A stretch of DNA of 18,967 nucleotides from Fibrobacterales bacterium. Lineage in GTDB: Bacteria; Fibrobacterota; Fibrobacteria; Fibrobacterales; JAOPTW01. Shown in pieces: positions 1-9,260 of this stretch. Under the pieces are notes generated by a model. It saw nothing but the letters and a program-made list of their open reading frames with translations. It made no database searches and was not told the origin of the DNA. The translations under genes and the position numbers were made by a program. How positions within the stretch are numbered: the stretch's first letter is position 1; each line of letters starts with the position of its first letter. The stretch covers positions 1 through 18,967 of the forward strand of contig JAOPTX010000046.1 of NCBI GenBank assembly GCA_051532055.1, written 5' to 3'.

Positions 1-1208
1 TCAAAAACATAGATAAGAATGCACCATCTATCATACGATCTCAGTTAGAAAGTGAAAAGTCATATGCACTAAAAGGTAAATCTCGTAGACTCCTCCTCCC
101 AACAATCAAGGCAGAGGGTGAATTTGAATATACCCAACAATCTATTGGCAATCCAACAATTGAATATCAGAATTATTATGGTCGTTTAATTATACGACAA
201 GAGTTGATAAATCTATCTCGTTTTTTTGATTTTAGAGCTGCAAGTGTAGGGGCTGCAAAAAGTACCCTTACGGTGCGGCAGCAGAAGTATGATGCGCTTC
301 TCCTTTATTGCTATAAATGGGCAGACCTGTGGAAGGCTCAGGAACGATACAAAACAGGACGTGAGAATGAAATACTCCGAAAAGGGAATTTAGAGTCTGC
401 ACGGCAACGCTATAGTGGGGGAGACCTCACAAAAAGTGATGTGAGCCAAATTGAGCTCGAATATATTGATGCACAAAGCACAACACTTGGGGCTTATGAG
501 GCATTGAACAGTAGCCGAGATAAACTTTTTATTGACTTTGGTGTTGTGGTTGATACGAATGAAATAATAGACTTGCCAGATGTTGCACTTACCAATGAGT
601 CTATTCAGAGCACAACTCAACTGACTATTGCTGAACTCTCAAAAAATGAAGCAGCCCAGAGTGAGTATGCAGCTCTGAGTAAACACTTTCCCGTACTTTC
701 TGTATTTGCGAGCTATGAACGAGCATGGACTGAAAATGAGCCACTGAAAAAAAGACCCTATGATGATGCCGTTGTCGGAGCAGTGGTATCTATTCCGCTC
801 TTTAGTAGTGGTGCAGAATACTATGGACATATTGAACGAACTGCAGATAGAAAAATTGAAGAAGTCAACTATGCTCAGTTAAAAAGGGAATATGAACAAT
901 CTAAAGTGCAAAATCTATTCGATATTAATCAAAATATTAAACGATTAGCGACGGCAAAGAAACGACACGCTATTGCGCAGCAAAATTATACTTGGATCGT
1001 TGAGGAATATCAATCGGGCAATAGATCAACAGTAGAAGTAACCATTGCACAGGCTGCAATATTACGCGCTGCTCAGGAACTGATTTTTTATATACATCGT
1101 TCTTTTTTAGGAAAGATAGAACAACTCTATTTGAATGACCTCCTCACTGTTGAATATTTAGATGCGCATTTACAAACACCAGAAACCTTGAGTGTAGATG
1201 GCCCTTAA
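1..1208 (+). CDS. TolC-family outer membrane channel of a type I secretion system (5'-truncated by window edge)
   Basis: Frame is open from position 3 (KNIDKNAPSII...LLPTIKAEGEF...IRQELINL), so the TTG at 204 is not the real start. Two OEP-like repeats (RYSGGDLTKSDVSQIE; EYQSGNRSTVEVTIAQ; FPVLSV...VSIPLFSSG). Lies upstream of ABC and HlyD genes. Confidence 0.85.
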   Translation, partial: KNIDKNAPSIIRSQLESEKSYALKGKSRRLLLPTIKAEGEFEYTQQSIGNPTIEYQNYYGRLIIRQELINLSRFFDFRAASVGAAKSTLTVRQQKYDALLLYCYKWADLWKAQERYKTGRENEILRKGNLESARQRYSGGDLTKSDVSQIELEYIDAQSTTLGAYEALNSSRDKLFIDFGVVVDTNEIIDLPDVALTNESIQSTTQLTIAELSKNEAAQSEYAALSKHFPVLSVFASYERAWTENEPLKKRPYDDAVVGAVVSIPLFSSGAEYYGHIERTADRKIEEVNYAQLKREYEQSKVQNLFDINQNIKRLATAKKRHAIAQQNYTWIVEEYQSGNRSTVEVTIAQAAILRAAQELIFYIHRSFLGKIEQLYLNDLLTVEYLDAHLQTPETLSVDGP

Positions 1209-4200
1209 TTCTGTAGAACATTCGATGTTTAAGCTTATCAAGCTGCTCCCTTACTTTCGTAAGGAGTCAAAATATATGGTTACCGTTTCCATTGGAATCA
1301 ATATATTGATGCTTGCAATGCCCATAGCATTGATGCAGGTGTATGATCGTATTATTCCAAATAATTCTATGAGTACCTTGTGGTGGCTTATGATTGGGGT
1401 GGTGACGGCTGTTGTGATCGAGGCAGTGATGCGTATTGTAAGAAATATGATCGGTAACTGGTTGTCGGCGGGGTATGAACATGAGCTTAGTACACGGGCG
1501 GTGAATTCACTGGTAGATATGTCTCATGAAGAGTTTGATGAGGTGGGCCCGGGTGTGCACCTCGAACGATTAAATTCTGTTAAAGTCTTGCGTTCCTACT
1601 TCTCGGGTCAACTCTTTCAGGTGCTCGTTGATCTTCCTTTTGTGTTCTTTTTTATCGGTATTCAAATAATGTTGGGCGGGCTTCTTGTGCTCTATACATT
1701 GTTGTTGGTCGGGCTGTTTTTGGGGCTCGTTTTCTATGCTGCTCGCAAATACGAGATGTATATAAAATTGTATAAGGATATTAATAACCGGCATTTCAAC
1801 TATATTGTAGAAACTATTGGGGGAGTGCATGCTGTAAAATCGATGTCGATGGAAGAGCAGATGTTGCGACGGTATGAAAGTATTCAAGAGAGTTTAACGG
1901 CAATTGAATTAAAAAAGAATTTTTGGAGTAATTTGCCAAAAAATGTTTCTCCAGTCTTGTCGAATATGAACTTGTTGGGGGTGATTTCTTTTGGTGCAGT
2001 TATGGTACTAAAGGGTGAGTTAACTCTTGGGGTGATGACTGCTTGTACTATGGTTGCTACTAGGATTCTTCAGCCAGTAGTACAGGTTGCCTACTTTTGG
2101 ATGAAGAAATCAGAAGCTGAGATAGCGTATGAACAGTATTTACAGCTCTTCTCGAAAGATGAATTTGAGCCTGATGAAGAAATCCCCTTGGTGAATGATA
2201 TTGAGGGGAAAATTACTATTCAAGGTCTTTCAATATTTCAAAATAACCCAGACTATACCTATAGTGGGGAGATAGAAGCCGGGGAGTGTATCTGTATTAT
2301 TGGACGTAACTCGGGGCCTACAACGCAGTTAGTTAAATCACTCTGTGGTATTTTAGAAGTTGATAAAAATACGGTGGTCATAGACGAGTATGACCTCTCT
2401 TACTGGCGGCATAGACATTTTAATGGGCGTATTGAGTATTTGAGTCGAAATGGAAAAATATTTAGAGGGACTATTCTTGATAATATTACCATGTTTTGTC
2501 CTGAAAATTATCTCATTGCACAAGATACCGCTGCACTGGTTGAGCTTGATCAAATGGTTGCAGATCTTCCACTCGGCTACGAAACACCGGTAGATCCCGC
2601 CTCGAACCTAACCTTGCCCCATGGGCTTATCCAGCGTATTTGTATTGCCCGGGCCCTAGTGGTCCGACCACGGATTCTTGTGGTTGATCGAACCATCCAG
2701 GCACTTGACTCTGGTTCGGGTAGAATTCTTATAGATGTCATCCAAAAATTACAAGGGTCATGCACAGTGATTGTTGCATCTGAGACAGTTCCGGTGGGGT
2801 TACATCCTTCAAAGGTGTTGAGCTGTACGGGTGATAGCCTTATTGAGTATAAGTGTGATGCCGGAGAGTTTACTGATGGGACCAATCAAGGTAAAGTGCG
2901 ACAGAAACTGTCACGAGAAGAGCTGCTCAGTGGTGATGTATGGATTCGTTGGATGATGCAGACCGCCACCCGATTTGAAGATATTGAACCAATCCTTCAA
3001 GAGACATCCATTGAGCTTATCGATCATGATCACCGTAAAATAGCACAGTATGCTATTGAGATGAATCTTCTTGTCGGGGAGATTTCCACTACTGTAAATA
3101 AAGGGCTTATTGAGAAACAAAAAATGCTTCTTGAAAACTTTTATGAATTTACACGGGGTCACTTTACGCGTGAAGAGGAGTTTATCGAACGTATGAATCT
3201 CGATGGACTCGATAAACAGAAGAAAGAGCATAGGGAAATACTCACCACTTTTAGTGAAATTATTGAAGACTTCCGTCAGGGACGTTCAAAAATTACGCAT
3301 TCCCTGAAGCTCTCACTTATGGATTGGGTTATTTCTCATATTAATAACCTTGATTACGAGACATTTCGATTACATACTATTATTCCCTTTATTCGAAAGT
3401 TAAAGACTTGGAAAGAGATGTCGTATTTTATCTATTCGACAGGGATTCCCTTTGTTGATACAGACCATGAACGGCTGACTCGATCACTCATCGAACTTGC
3501 ATGTACTATTGGGTCAGAAATGAGACAAAAGGCAAATGTAGAGGTTGAGGATCAGTTTGATCAGTTGTATACGTTGGCTCAAGAAATATTGGATCGTGAA
3601 GAAGCATTTCTCAATACCTATTCGATTGATGTGAATGGTATACATAGAAAGAAACATGAAGAGTTTTTATCGCTTATACAGGAGTGTAAAGAGGGGTACC
3701 AAGAGGGTGAACTTAATAGAGATGGGGTCTATGCGCTGCTTCTTGGAGAGTGGATAGATCATAGTAATGGAAGAGATATGGTGGACTTTTCTATACCACA
3801 TCTGCTTCCCATTGTTCTTTCGGATGCTTCAAAAGAGAGCGACCTCACGTGGATGCTGAGAAAAACAGGTATTGCAGAGATCGATACTCAGCATCTTGAT
3901 GTGATCACTGCCGTGATGAAGACTACCACATTGGATAGCAGTACAATGGATCCTGGTACCCTAGATACAACCCTCAGCGGAATTCTGGCCTTGGTGAAAA
4001 AACACTTTAGCTATGAAGAGAAGTACATGGAATCTATTGGTGAAAGTAGTTTGAAATCACATAAAGAAGAACATCGACATATACTGAGCAGTATTGAAGA
4101 GTATCTCGATAACGTACGAAAAGATCGTATCAAATTTTCCGATCGTTTTAGATTGCGTCTCCTTGATTGGTGGGTTAATCATACCAATGGTACCGACTAC

Positions 4201-4236
4201 CAGACTTTTATTCTTAATCGTGTTGAGGGGGAATAA
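1198..4236 (+). CDS. T1SS ABC transporter subunit (TMD + degenerate NBD) fused to three C-terminal hemerythrin domains
   Basis: PrtD/HlyB-like TMD (INILMLAMPIALMQVYDRII; DLPF; GELTLGVM). NBD with altered motifs (GRNSGPTT, LPHGLIQR, ILVVDR). From about 3001 there are three repeats with the hemerythrin H..HxxxEE..HxxxH..HxxxxD pattern. Start may be 1198 or 1225. Confidence 0.88.
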   Translation: MALNSVEHSMFKLIKLLPYFRKESKYMVTVSIGINILMLAMPIALMQVYDRIIPNNSMSTLWWLMIGVVTAVVIEAVMRIVRNMIGNWLSAGYEHELSTRAVNSLVDMSHEEFDEVGPGVHLERLNSVKVLRSYFSGQLFQVLVDLPFVFFFIGIQIMLGGLLVLYTLLLVGLFLGLVFYAARKYEMYIKLYKDINNRHFNYIVETIGGVHAVKSMSMEEQMLRRYESIQESLTAIELKKNFWSNLPKNVSPVLSNMNLLGVISFGAVMVLKGELTLGVMTACTMVATRILQPVVQVAYFWMKKSEAEIAYEQYLQLFSKDEFEPDEEIPLVNDIEGKITIQGLSIFQNNPDYTYSGEIEAGECICIIGRNSGPTTQLVKSLCGILEVDKNTVVIDEYDLSYWRHRHFNGRIEYLSRNGKIFRGTILDNITMFCPENYLIAQDTAALVELDQMVADLPLGYETPVDPASNLTLPHGLIQRICIARALVVRPRILVVDRTIQALDSGSGRILIDVIQKLQGSCTVIVASETVPVGLHPSKVLSCTGDSLIEYKCDAGEFTDGTNQGKVRQKLSREELLSGDVWIRWMMQTATRFEDIEPILQETSIELIDHDHRKIAQYAIEMNLLVGEISTTVNKGLIEKQKMLLENFYEFTRGHFTREEEFIERMNLDGLDKQKKEHREILTTFSEIIEDFRQGRSKITHSLKLSLMDWVISHINNLDYETFRLHTIIPFIRKLKTWKEMSYFIYSTGIPFVDTDHERLTRSLIELACTIGSEMRQKANVEVEDQFDQLYTLAQEILDREEAFLNTYSIDVNGIHRKKHEEFLSLIQECKEGYQEGELNRDGVYALLLGEWIDHSNGRDMVDFSIPHLLPIVLSDASKESDLTWMLRKTGIAEIDTQHLDVITAVMKTTTLDSSTMDPGTLDTTLSGILALVKKHFSYEEKYMESIGESSLKSHKEEHRHILSSIEEYLDNVRKDRIKFSDRFRLRLLDWWVNHTNGTDYQTFILNRVEGE

Positions 4237-6311
4237 TGAAAGGGTTCGAGCAGGATATACTGGTAAATGAGGCTGCACTATCACAATGCCTTTTGCCATT
4301 TTTAGATGCGCTTGGGTGGGTAGGTAAAGAGAAAACTATACTCGAAGCGCGTCCACATCTCGTCTCTGACTTTGATGTGATTGGATTCTTGAATACTATG
4401 GCGAACTTAGGGTATGAGACCCATGTGCTCAAACGTCAACTCGATAACTTGAGTGATCAACTTTTTCCTCTTATTCACATAGAGTCAAAAGGAAAGCCAC
4501 GGGTGATTCTGAGACGCGAAGATAATGGGATCTTGGTGTATGATGGAGAAGAAGAGAGTTACGAAGTTGTACCTTACATTGATGGTGGTCTCTTTTTACT
4601 CGTACATAAGACGAGTGGGTTACATCGTAAAGTATTTGAACCACAAAAGAATTGGTTTTATCATGTGGGGATGCGTTTTAAGAGTATCGGGTTTGTCGTA
4701 CTCTTTTTATCCTTGCTCTTAGTGCTCCTTGCGTTCTGTATACCCATTATCGTTATGGGGGTTTATGATGTCCTTCTCACGGGTGATTCGGTAGACAGTC
4801 CTATTCTCTTGGGAGTTGGAATTGCGATATTTATTTTGTCAGAGGCGGCTATCAGACTTCTTCGTTATTTTATCATGAACTATGCGGGGTCTCGACTGGG
4901 TAATATTGTCAATAATCAAGTAATGAGGCGAATCTTATACTTACCACCATCCTACACCGAAACCTCATCGGTAGGATCTCAAGTGTCACGTATTCGTGAT
5001 TTTGGTACGGTAAAAGAGTTTATAGAAGGGAATGGAAGCGTTGCAATGATCGAAGCACCTTTTTATATGCTTCTTATTGTTGCCCTTGTATTGCTTGCGG
5101 GTAATCTTGCCTATATACCAGCAATTACTGCGTGTCTTTTTATTTTAATTGGAGTGGTTCTCTCGCCGTTTGTAAAACAGATTAATGAAGAGTCAGCTTC
5201 AAATTCAATAGCAAAACAAGAGTATACTATTGACTTGATTAATAACTTTCACGACATAAAACAGGTGGGGCAGCATGGGCTTTGGAAAAAGCGGTTTCGC
5301 GATTTTTCAGCAGAGGCTTCTTTTTCAAACTATAAAACGGCACAAATAAATGGCGTAATAACGAACCTCTCTCAAATGCTTATAACTATAGCGGGCGCGT
5401 TAACTGTTGGGTTTGGGGCCTATAAAGTTATGAATAATACTCTCACACCAGGGGCACTTGTAGCGGCACTTATTATCGTTTGGCGTATATTGGGCCCCGT
5501 AAAGGCTGCGTTTTCTGTGGGTACTCAGTCTACTCGGTTGCGCAGAAGTATCACTCAGTTAAATCGATTGATGTCCATTAAGATCGAAAAGAATGTACAG
5601 CAAGAGGCGGTGCTCTCACGTTCACTCCGCGGGTCAATTTTTTTTAATAATGTTTCGTTTCGCTATAATAACGAGGCACACCCGGCGTTACTTGGGGTGA
5701 ACCTTGCTATTAAAAAGGGTGAATGTATGGCGTTTACGGGGCATGATGGGTCAGGTAAAAGTTCTATATTTAAGTTGATACTGGGTATGTATAAACCACA
5801 ATCGGGTCGTGTACTCATTGACTCTTTTAATGTACAACAATTAGATCCGATACAGGTGCGTCACTCAATAGGGTACTCTCCAAAAAATGATACCATGTTC
5901 TATGGTACTATTGAACAAAATCTTAAATTGGTTACCCCCGAAGCAACAGAAGATGATATGATTGAAGCGGCAAAGCTGTCTGGATTGTGGAGCGCCATGG
6001 AACAGGATGCCATTACTTTTGGCACCCGTATTGGTGATAACCTTTCTCATGGCGTACGTCCTTCTTATAATAAACTCATAAATTTAACACGTATGTTTCT
6101 CAAGAAAAGCCCTATATTGCTCCTTGATGAACCTGAACAACTTCTCCAAAATGATGAAGTAGAATTTTTAGCAAAAAATATTGCAAAACTCAGGGGAGTG
6201 AAAACAATTCTCCTTATTACCAAGAACCCCATACTATTAAAGGTAGCTCAATCGGTTACGGAATTTGAACGGGGTCGAGTAGTGTCAAACAGTGTGAACA
6301 AACAGGAATAG
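4236..6311 (+). CDS. T1SS ABC transporter subunit (peptidase C39-like N-terminal domain, TMD, NBD)
   Basis: TAATG coupling to the previous gene. N-terminal LSQCLLPFLDALGW C39-like region, TMD, Walker A GHDGSGKS and Walker B ILLLDEP. Signature motif is degenerate. Confidence 0.9.
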   Translation: MKGFEQDILVNEAALSQCLLPFLDALGWVGKEKTILEARPHLVSDFDVIGFLNTMANLGYETHVLKRQLDNLSDQLFPLIHIESKGKPRVILRREDNGILVYDGEEESYEVVPYIDGGLFLLVHKTSGLHRKVFEPQKNWFYHVGMRFKSIGFVVLFLSLLLVLLAFCIPIIVMGVYDVLLTGDSVDSPILLGVGIAIFILSEAAIRLLRYFIMNYAGSRLGNIVNNQVMRRILYLPPSYTETSSVGSQVSRIRDFGTVKEFIEGNGSVAMIEAPFYMLLIVALVLLAGNLAYIPAITACLFILIGVVLSPFVKQINEESASNSIAKQEYTIDLINNFHDIKQVGQHGLWKKRFRDFSAEASFSNYKTAQINGVITNLSQMLITIAGALTVGFGAYKVMNNTLTPGALVAALIIVWRILGPVKAAFSVGTQSTRLRRSITQLNRLMSIKIEKNVQQEAVLSRSLRGSIFFNNVSFRYNNEAHPALLGVNLAIKKGECMAFTGHDGSGKSSIFKLILGMYKPQSGRVLIDSFNVQQLDPIQVRHSIGYSPKNDTMFYGTIEQNLKLVTPEATEDDMIEAAKLSGLWSAMEQDAITFGTRIGDNLSHGVRPSYNKLINLTRMFLKKSPILLLDEPEQLLQNDEVEFLAKNIAKLRGVKTILLITKNPILLKVAQSVTEFERGRVVSNSVNKQE

Positions 6312-6315
6312 TGTG

Positions 6316-7662
6316 ATGAATAATAATCAAAAACTCAATGAAGAGATTGCACGCATTAGAACAGAGAGTAAATTCCTTGCTCGGTCGGTACTTCTCGAAG
6401 AGACCGGAAGTAAACGGTATGTACATATTACTATTTTGGTCTGTAGTTTGTTACTTGTGTCGTTTATAGTGTGGTCTGCCGTGATGGAGGTTGATGAGGT
6501 TGCTATTGCAGAAGGGTCAATAGTACCCAAAGGTGAACTCATTAAAATTCAACATCTATTGGGGGGTAAAGTTTCACGGATACTGGTACGGGAGGGGGAG
6601 TATGTTGAAAAAGATGCGATTGTTATAGAAATTGACCCAGAAAATTCACAATTACTCCTTGGTGAATTAAATGTTGAGTATCAGGAGTTGAAAGCCGCTG
6701 CACTATGGCTTCGTGCACTGATTGATGAAACTAAACCAACTTTTACTCTTGGGGTAGGTGAGTATAGTGAGATTTATAAAGATCAAATGGAACTCTATAC
6801 TCGAAATAAAGCTCAAGATAAATCTGGAGAAAATATTATTGTGCAACAGATTGAACAAGTGAAACTCGAAATAGCGGAATTGAAAAAGAAACAGATAAAG
6901 CTTAAAAAAGATGTTGGTCTTCTTACTAAAGAACATAGAATTCGGAAGAAATTAGTTTCGAAAGGATTGAATTCAAAATTGAGTATCATAACCCTCGAAC
7001 GTGATCTCAATGACGCACAAGGTGAGTTAGCAGAATCGAGACCAAAATTAAAGCGACTCCGTGTACGGCTTAAAGAGTTGCGCACACGGCGTATAGAGTA
7101 TTCGGGGCTGCGGAAAAAACAATATGCCGAAGAATTGACTAAAACAAAAAGCGCACTTTTGATGCTGCAACAAAAACAAGTGTACCTGAGTAGTAATCTT
7201 GATTATTTAAAAATTCGATCCACCGCAAGTGGGTATGTTCACGGTCTTCAGGTAAATGCATCGGGAGAGGTGGTCAATCCTGGTGAGACGCTTTTTCAGA
7301 TTGTACCGGCAGACAGAATTCTGGAGGCGCATTTGAAAATTGCGGCAGCTGACATTGGACACCTTAAAACAGGGCAGTCAGTACTTATTAAATTTAAAAC
7401 ATTCAACTATCGTCGCTATGGTGGGGTCCATGGTGTGTTATCAGAAATATCCAATTCAGCCTTTCTTGATGAAAATGGAAACTCTTTTTATAGGGGTATC
7501 GCACGTTTGAGTGATGACGCAGACAAGTTATCGTTACAGGATAAACAAATTATTCCAGGAATGACCATTACAGCAGATATTAAAACAGGTACTAAAACTG
7601 TTCTAGAATATTTGCTTCGTCCACTCTATAGCTCTACCGAAACAGCATTTTCTGAACGGTAA
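6316..7662 (+). CDS. HlyD-family T1SS membrane fusion protein
   Basis: Single N-terminal TM helix, IQHLLGGKVSRILVREGEYV lipoyl-like half, long coiled coil, C-terminal IIPGMTITADIKTGTKTVLEYLLRP...FSER. AGGA SD precedes ATG 6316 (GTG 6313 is an alternative). Confidence 0.93.
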   Translation: MNNNQKLNEEIARIRTESKFLARSVLLEETGSKRYVHITILVCSLLLVSFIVWSAVMEVDEVAIAEGSIVPKGELIKIQHLLGGKVSRILVREGEYVEKDAIVIEIDPENSQLLLGELNVEYQELKAAALWLRALIDETKPTFTLGVGEYSEIYKDQMELYTRNKAQDKSGENIIVQQIEQVKLEIAELKKKQIKLKKDVGLLTKEHRIRKKLVSKGLNSKLSIITLERDLNDAQGELAESRPKLKRLRVRLKELRTRRIEYSGLRKKQYAEELTKTKSALLMLQQKQVYLSSNLDYLKIRSTASGYVHGLQVNASGEVVNPGETLFQIVPADRILEAHLKIAAADIGHLKTGQSVLIKFKTFNYRRYGGVHGVLSEISNSAFLDENGNSFYRGIARLSDDADKLSLQDKQIIPGMTITADIKTGTKTVLEYLLRPLYSSTETAFSER

Positions 7663-7668
7663 TAGCAG

Positions 7669-9252
7669 TTAAGGCAAGAGACTGAAATCTTCTTGATTGC
7701 GCCATTTTCCATTTTCACCTTCGGTAATTGGGTCATCAGAAATAATGTTACCCCTATGGCCGTTTCCAGATGCATCTTCAATTTGGTCGGGTTTTGTTGA
7801 GTCATACTTAAATTCGTAACTGAGTACCAGACGTCGAGTTTCTTCAATGTGTGCTGTCGTTTGGAAACGGCTTGCAGCAATTTGATCTGCAGTACGAGCA
7901 GTATTCCAGATGCGTATATTATCCATCTGTCCGCGAAAGCCACTATCAATATTTTCGGTGCTGGTACCAATATAATTTACGGTACGAATGGTATCGATAG
8001 GAAGAGCGTCGAGCCCCCCTTCAGTCGATGGTTGCGGTTCACCGTTTACGTAGAATGTTATAAGCCCTGTTGGTGTTACGGTAACCGCCAGGTGGTTCCA
8101 TTCATCTAATTTAAAGGCGTCATTCATATGTGCATCGGTCAAGTCATTATTGGTTATTCCTCTCTCGGTATTAGACACTGCATATTTGAGTAAGTTGTTT
8201 CCGTTATCGTGTACTGCTCCAAAAATAATCATGTGTTTTCGGGTTGGGCCATTTGAGAGATGAATCATATGAGTGGTTGTTTGAATTTCATCCCATAAAA
8301 CCCAGAGCTCCATGGTGATGCCCTCAGAAGACCAATTGTAATCAATAGGATTTTGAATGCTCACGTAGTCGGGGTCGCTGTGTATGTGAAAAGTCTTTGT
8401 TGAATCGATTGTGCTTTGACTCGATGAACCAAGGTTCATCGTAGAAGAAGAACTTTGCAGGACGACCTCAGAAGAAGAGAGCATTGTACTACTCGATGAA
8501 ATAATTATTTCTGTTGAAGATGAGCCTGGGGTAATAGGGATGCTACTCGATGATGAGTGAGCCTCGTAGAGAATATCGATGGGAATTATCAAGTCGCTTT
8601 CGAAGGTAAGAGTTTCATTGGGAATAATAGTCATACTGTCTAGTGTGAGCTTGGTACTTTTGAGTGAGAATGGCTGGGCCCAGTATACTGAGGTATAGAC
8701 TCCGGGGGGGACGTGGGTAAATAGTACCCTAAAGGTTGCACTATCGGTATTGGTGTAGGCTCTTTCACCTTGTGCAACCATTGTGGTGTTTTCAATATAG
8801 AGCTTACCGAGTTCTGGTGATCGCCCCAGCGAAGAAAGAGGGAGAGTTATGACCACTGCCCCTGTAGCTTTGAGGGTATCAGTGAGGTTAAGCTGTGCGT
8901 CCGGAGTATAGGTGATTTCTTTTTTATAGAGTCCGGTTGACTTTGTCTCGTTAATGGTTTGAAGGCTATAAGTCCCTGAGGTTATATTCGTAAATTGATA
9001 GCGCCCCATATCATCGGTTTCTGTTTGTTGTTTGGTAACAAGGGTACTATCGTGAATTGGGTTATATGAATTAGGAAAAATCACTACTGCAGCATAGGAT
9101 TCGGGTTCACCTTCTGGGGTGTAGAGCGTTCCTGCAATGTAGCCTCCTGTTTCAACATCGGAAGCGCCTGCAAGTTGGTTGTCCGGATTTGAGCAACTGG
9201 TGAGCACCCAAAATAGTAAGAGTGATAGTAGATACATTGATTGATTATACAT
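7669..9252 (-). CDS. Lipoprotein with carboxypeptidase-regulatory-like/prealbumin-fold domain, Ser-rich linker and C-terminal LamG/ConA-like domain
   Basis: Signal peptide with lipobox LTSC after the ATG at 9252 (or 9237). AGASDVETGG..IAGTL..TDDMGRYQF; poly-Ser linker; ITMELWV..WNHLAVT..FYVNG..FRGQMDNIRIWN LamG motifs. The ORF-track start at 9453 overlaps the upstream gene and is unlikely. Confidence 0.8.
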   Translation of the reverse strand: MYNQSMYLLSLLLFWVLTSCSNPDNQLAGASDVETGGYIAGTLYTPEGEPESYAAVVIFPNSYNPIHDSTLVTKQQTETDDMGRYQFTNITSGTYSLQTINETKSTGLYKKEITYTPDAQLNLTDTLKATGAVVITLPLSSLGRSPELGKLYIENTTMVAQGERAYTNTDSATFRVLFTHVPPGVYTSVYWAQPFSLKSTKLTLDSMTIIPNETLTFESDLIIPIDILYEAHSSSSSIPITPGSSSTEIIISSSSTMLSSSEVVLQSSSSTMNLGSSSQSTIDSTKTFHIHSDPDYVSIQNPIDYNWSSEGITMELWVLWDEIQTTTHMIHLSNGPTRKHMIIFGAVHDNGNNLLKYAVSNTERGITNNDLTDAHMNDAFKLDEWNHLAVTVTPTGLITFYVNGEPQPSTEGGLDALPIDTIRTVNYIGTSTENIDSGFRGQMDNIRIWNTARTADQIAASRFQTTAHIEETRRLVLSYEFKYDSTKPDQIEDASGNGHRGNIISDDPITEGENGKWRNQEDFSLLP

Positions 9253-9260
9253 ACGTGCGC

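Noticed and set aside
204..206. TTG start for the TolC ORF
   Set aside because: The frame is open and TolC-like back to the window edge, and no signal peptide follows 204. The true start is upstream of the window.
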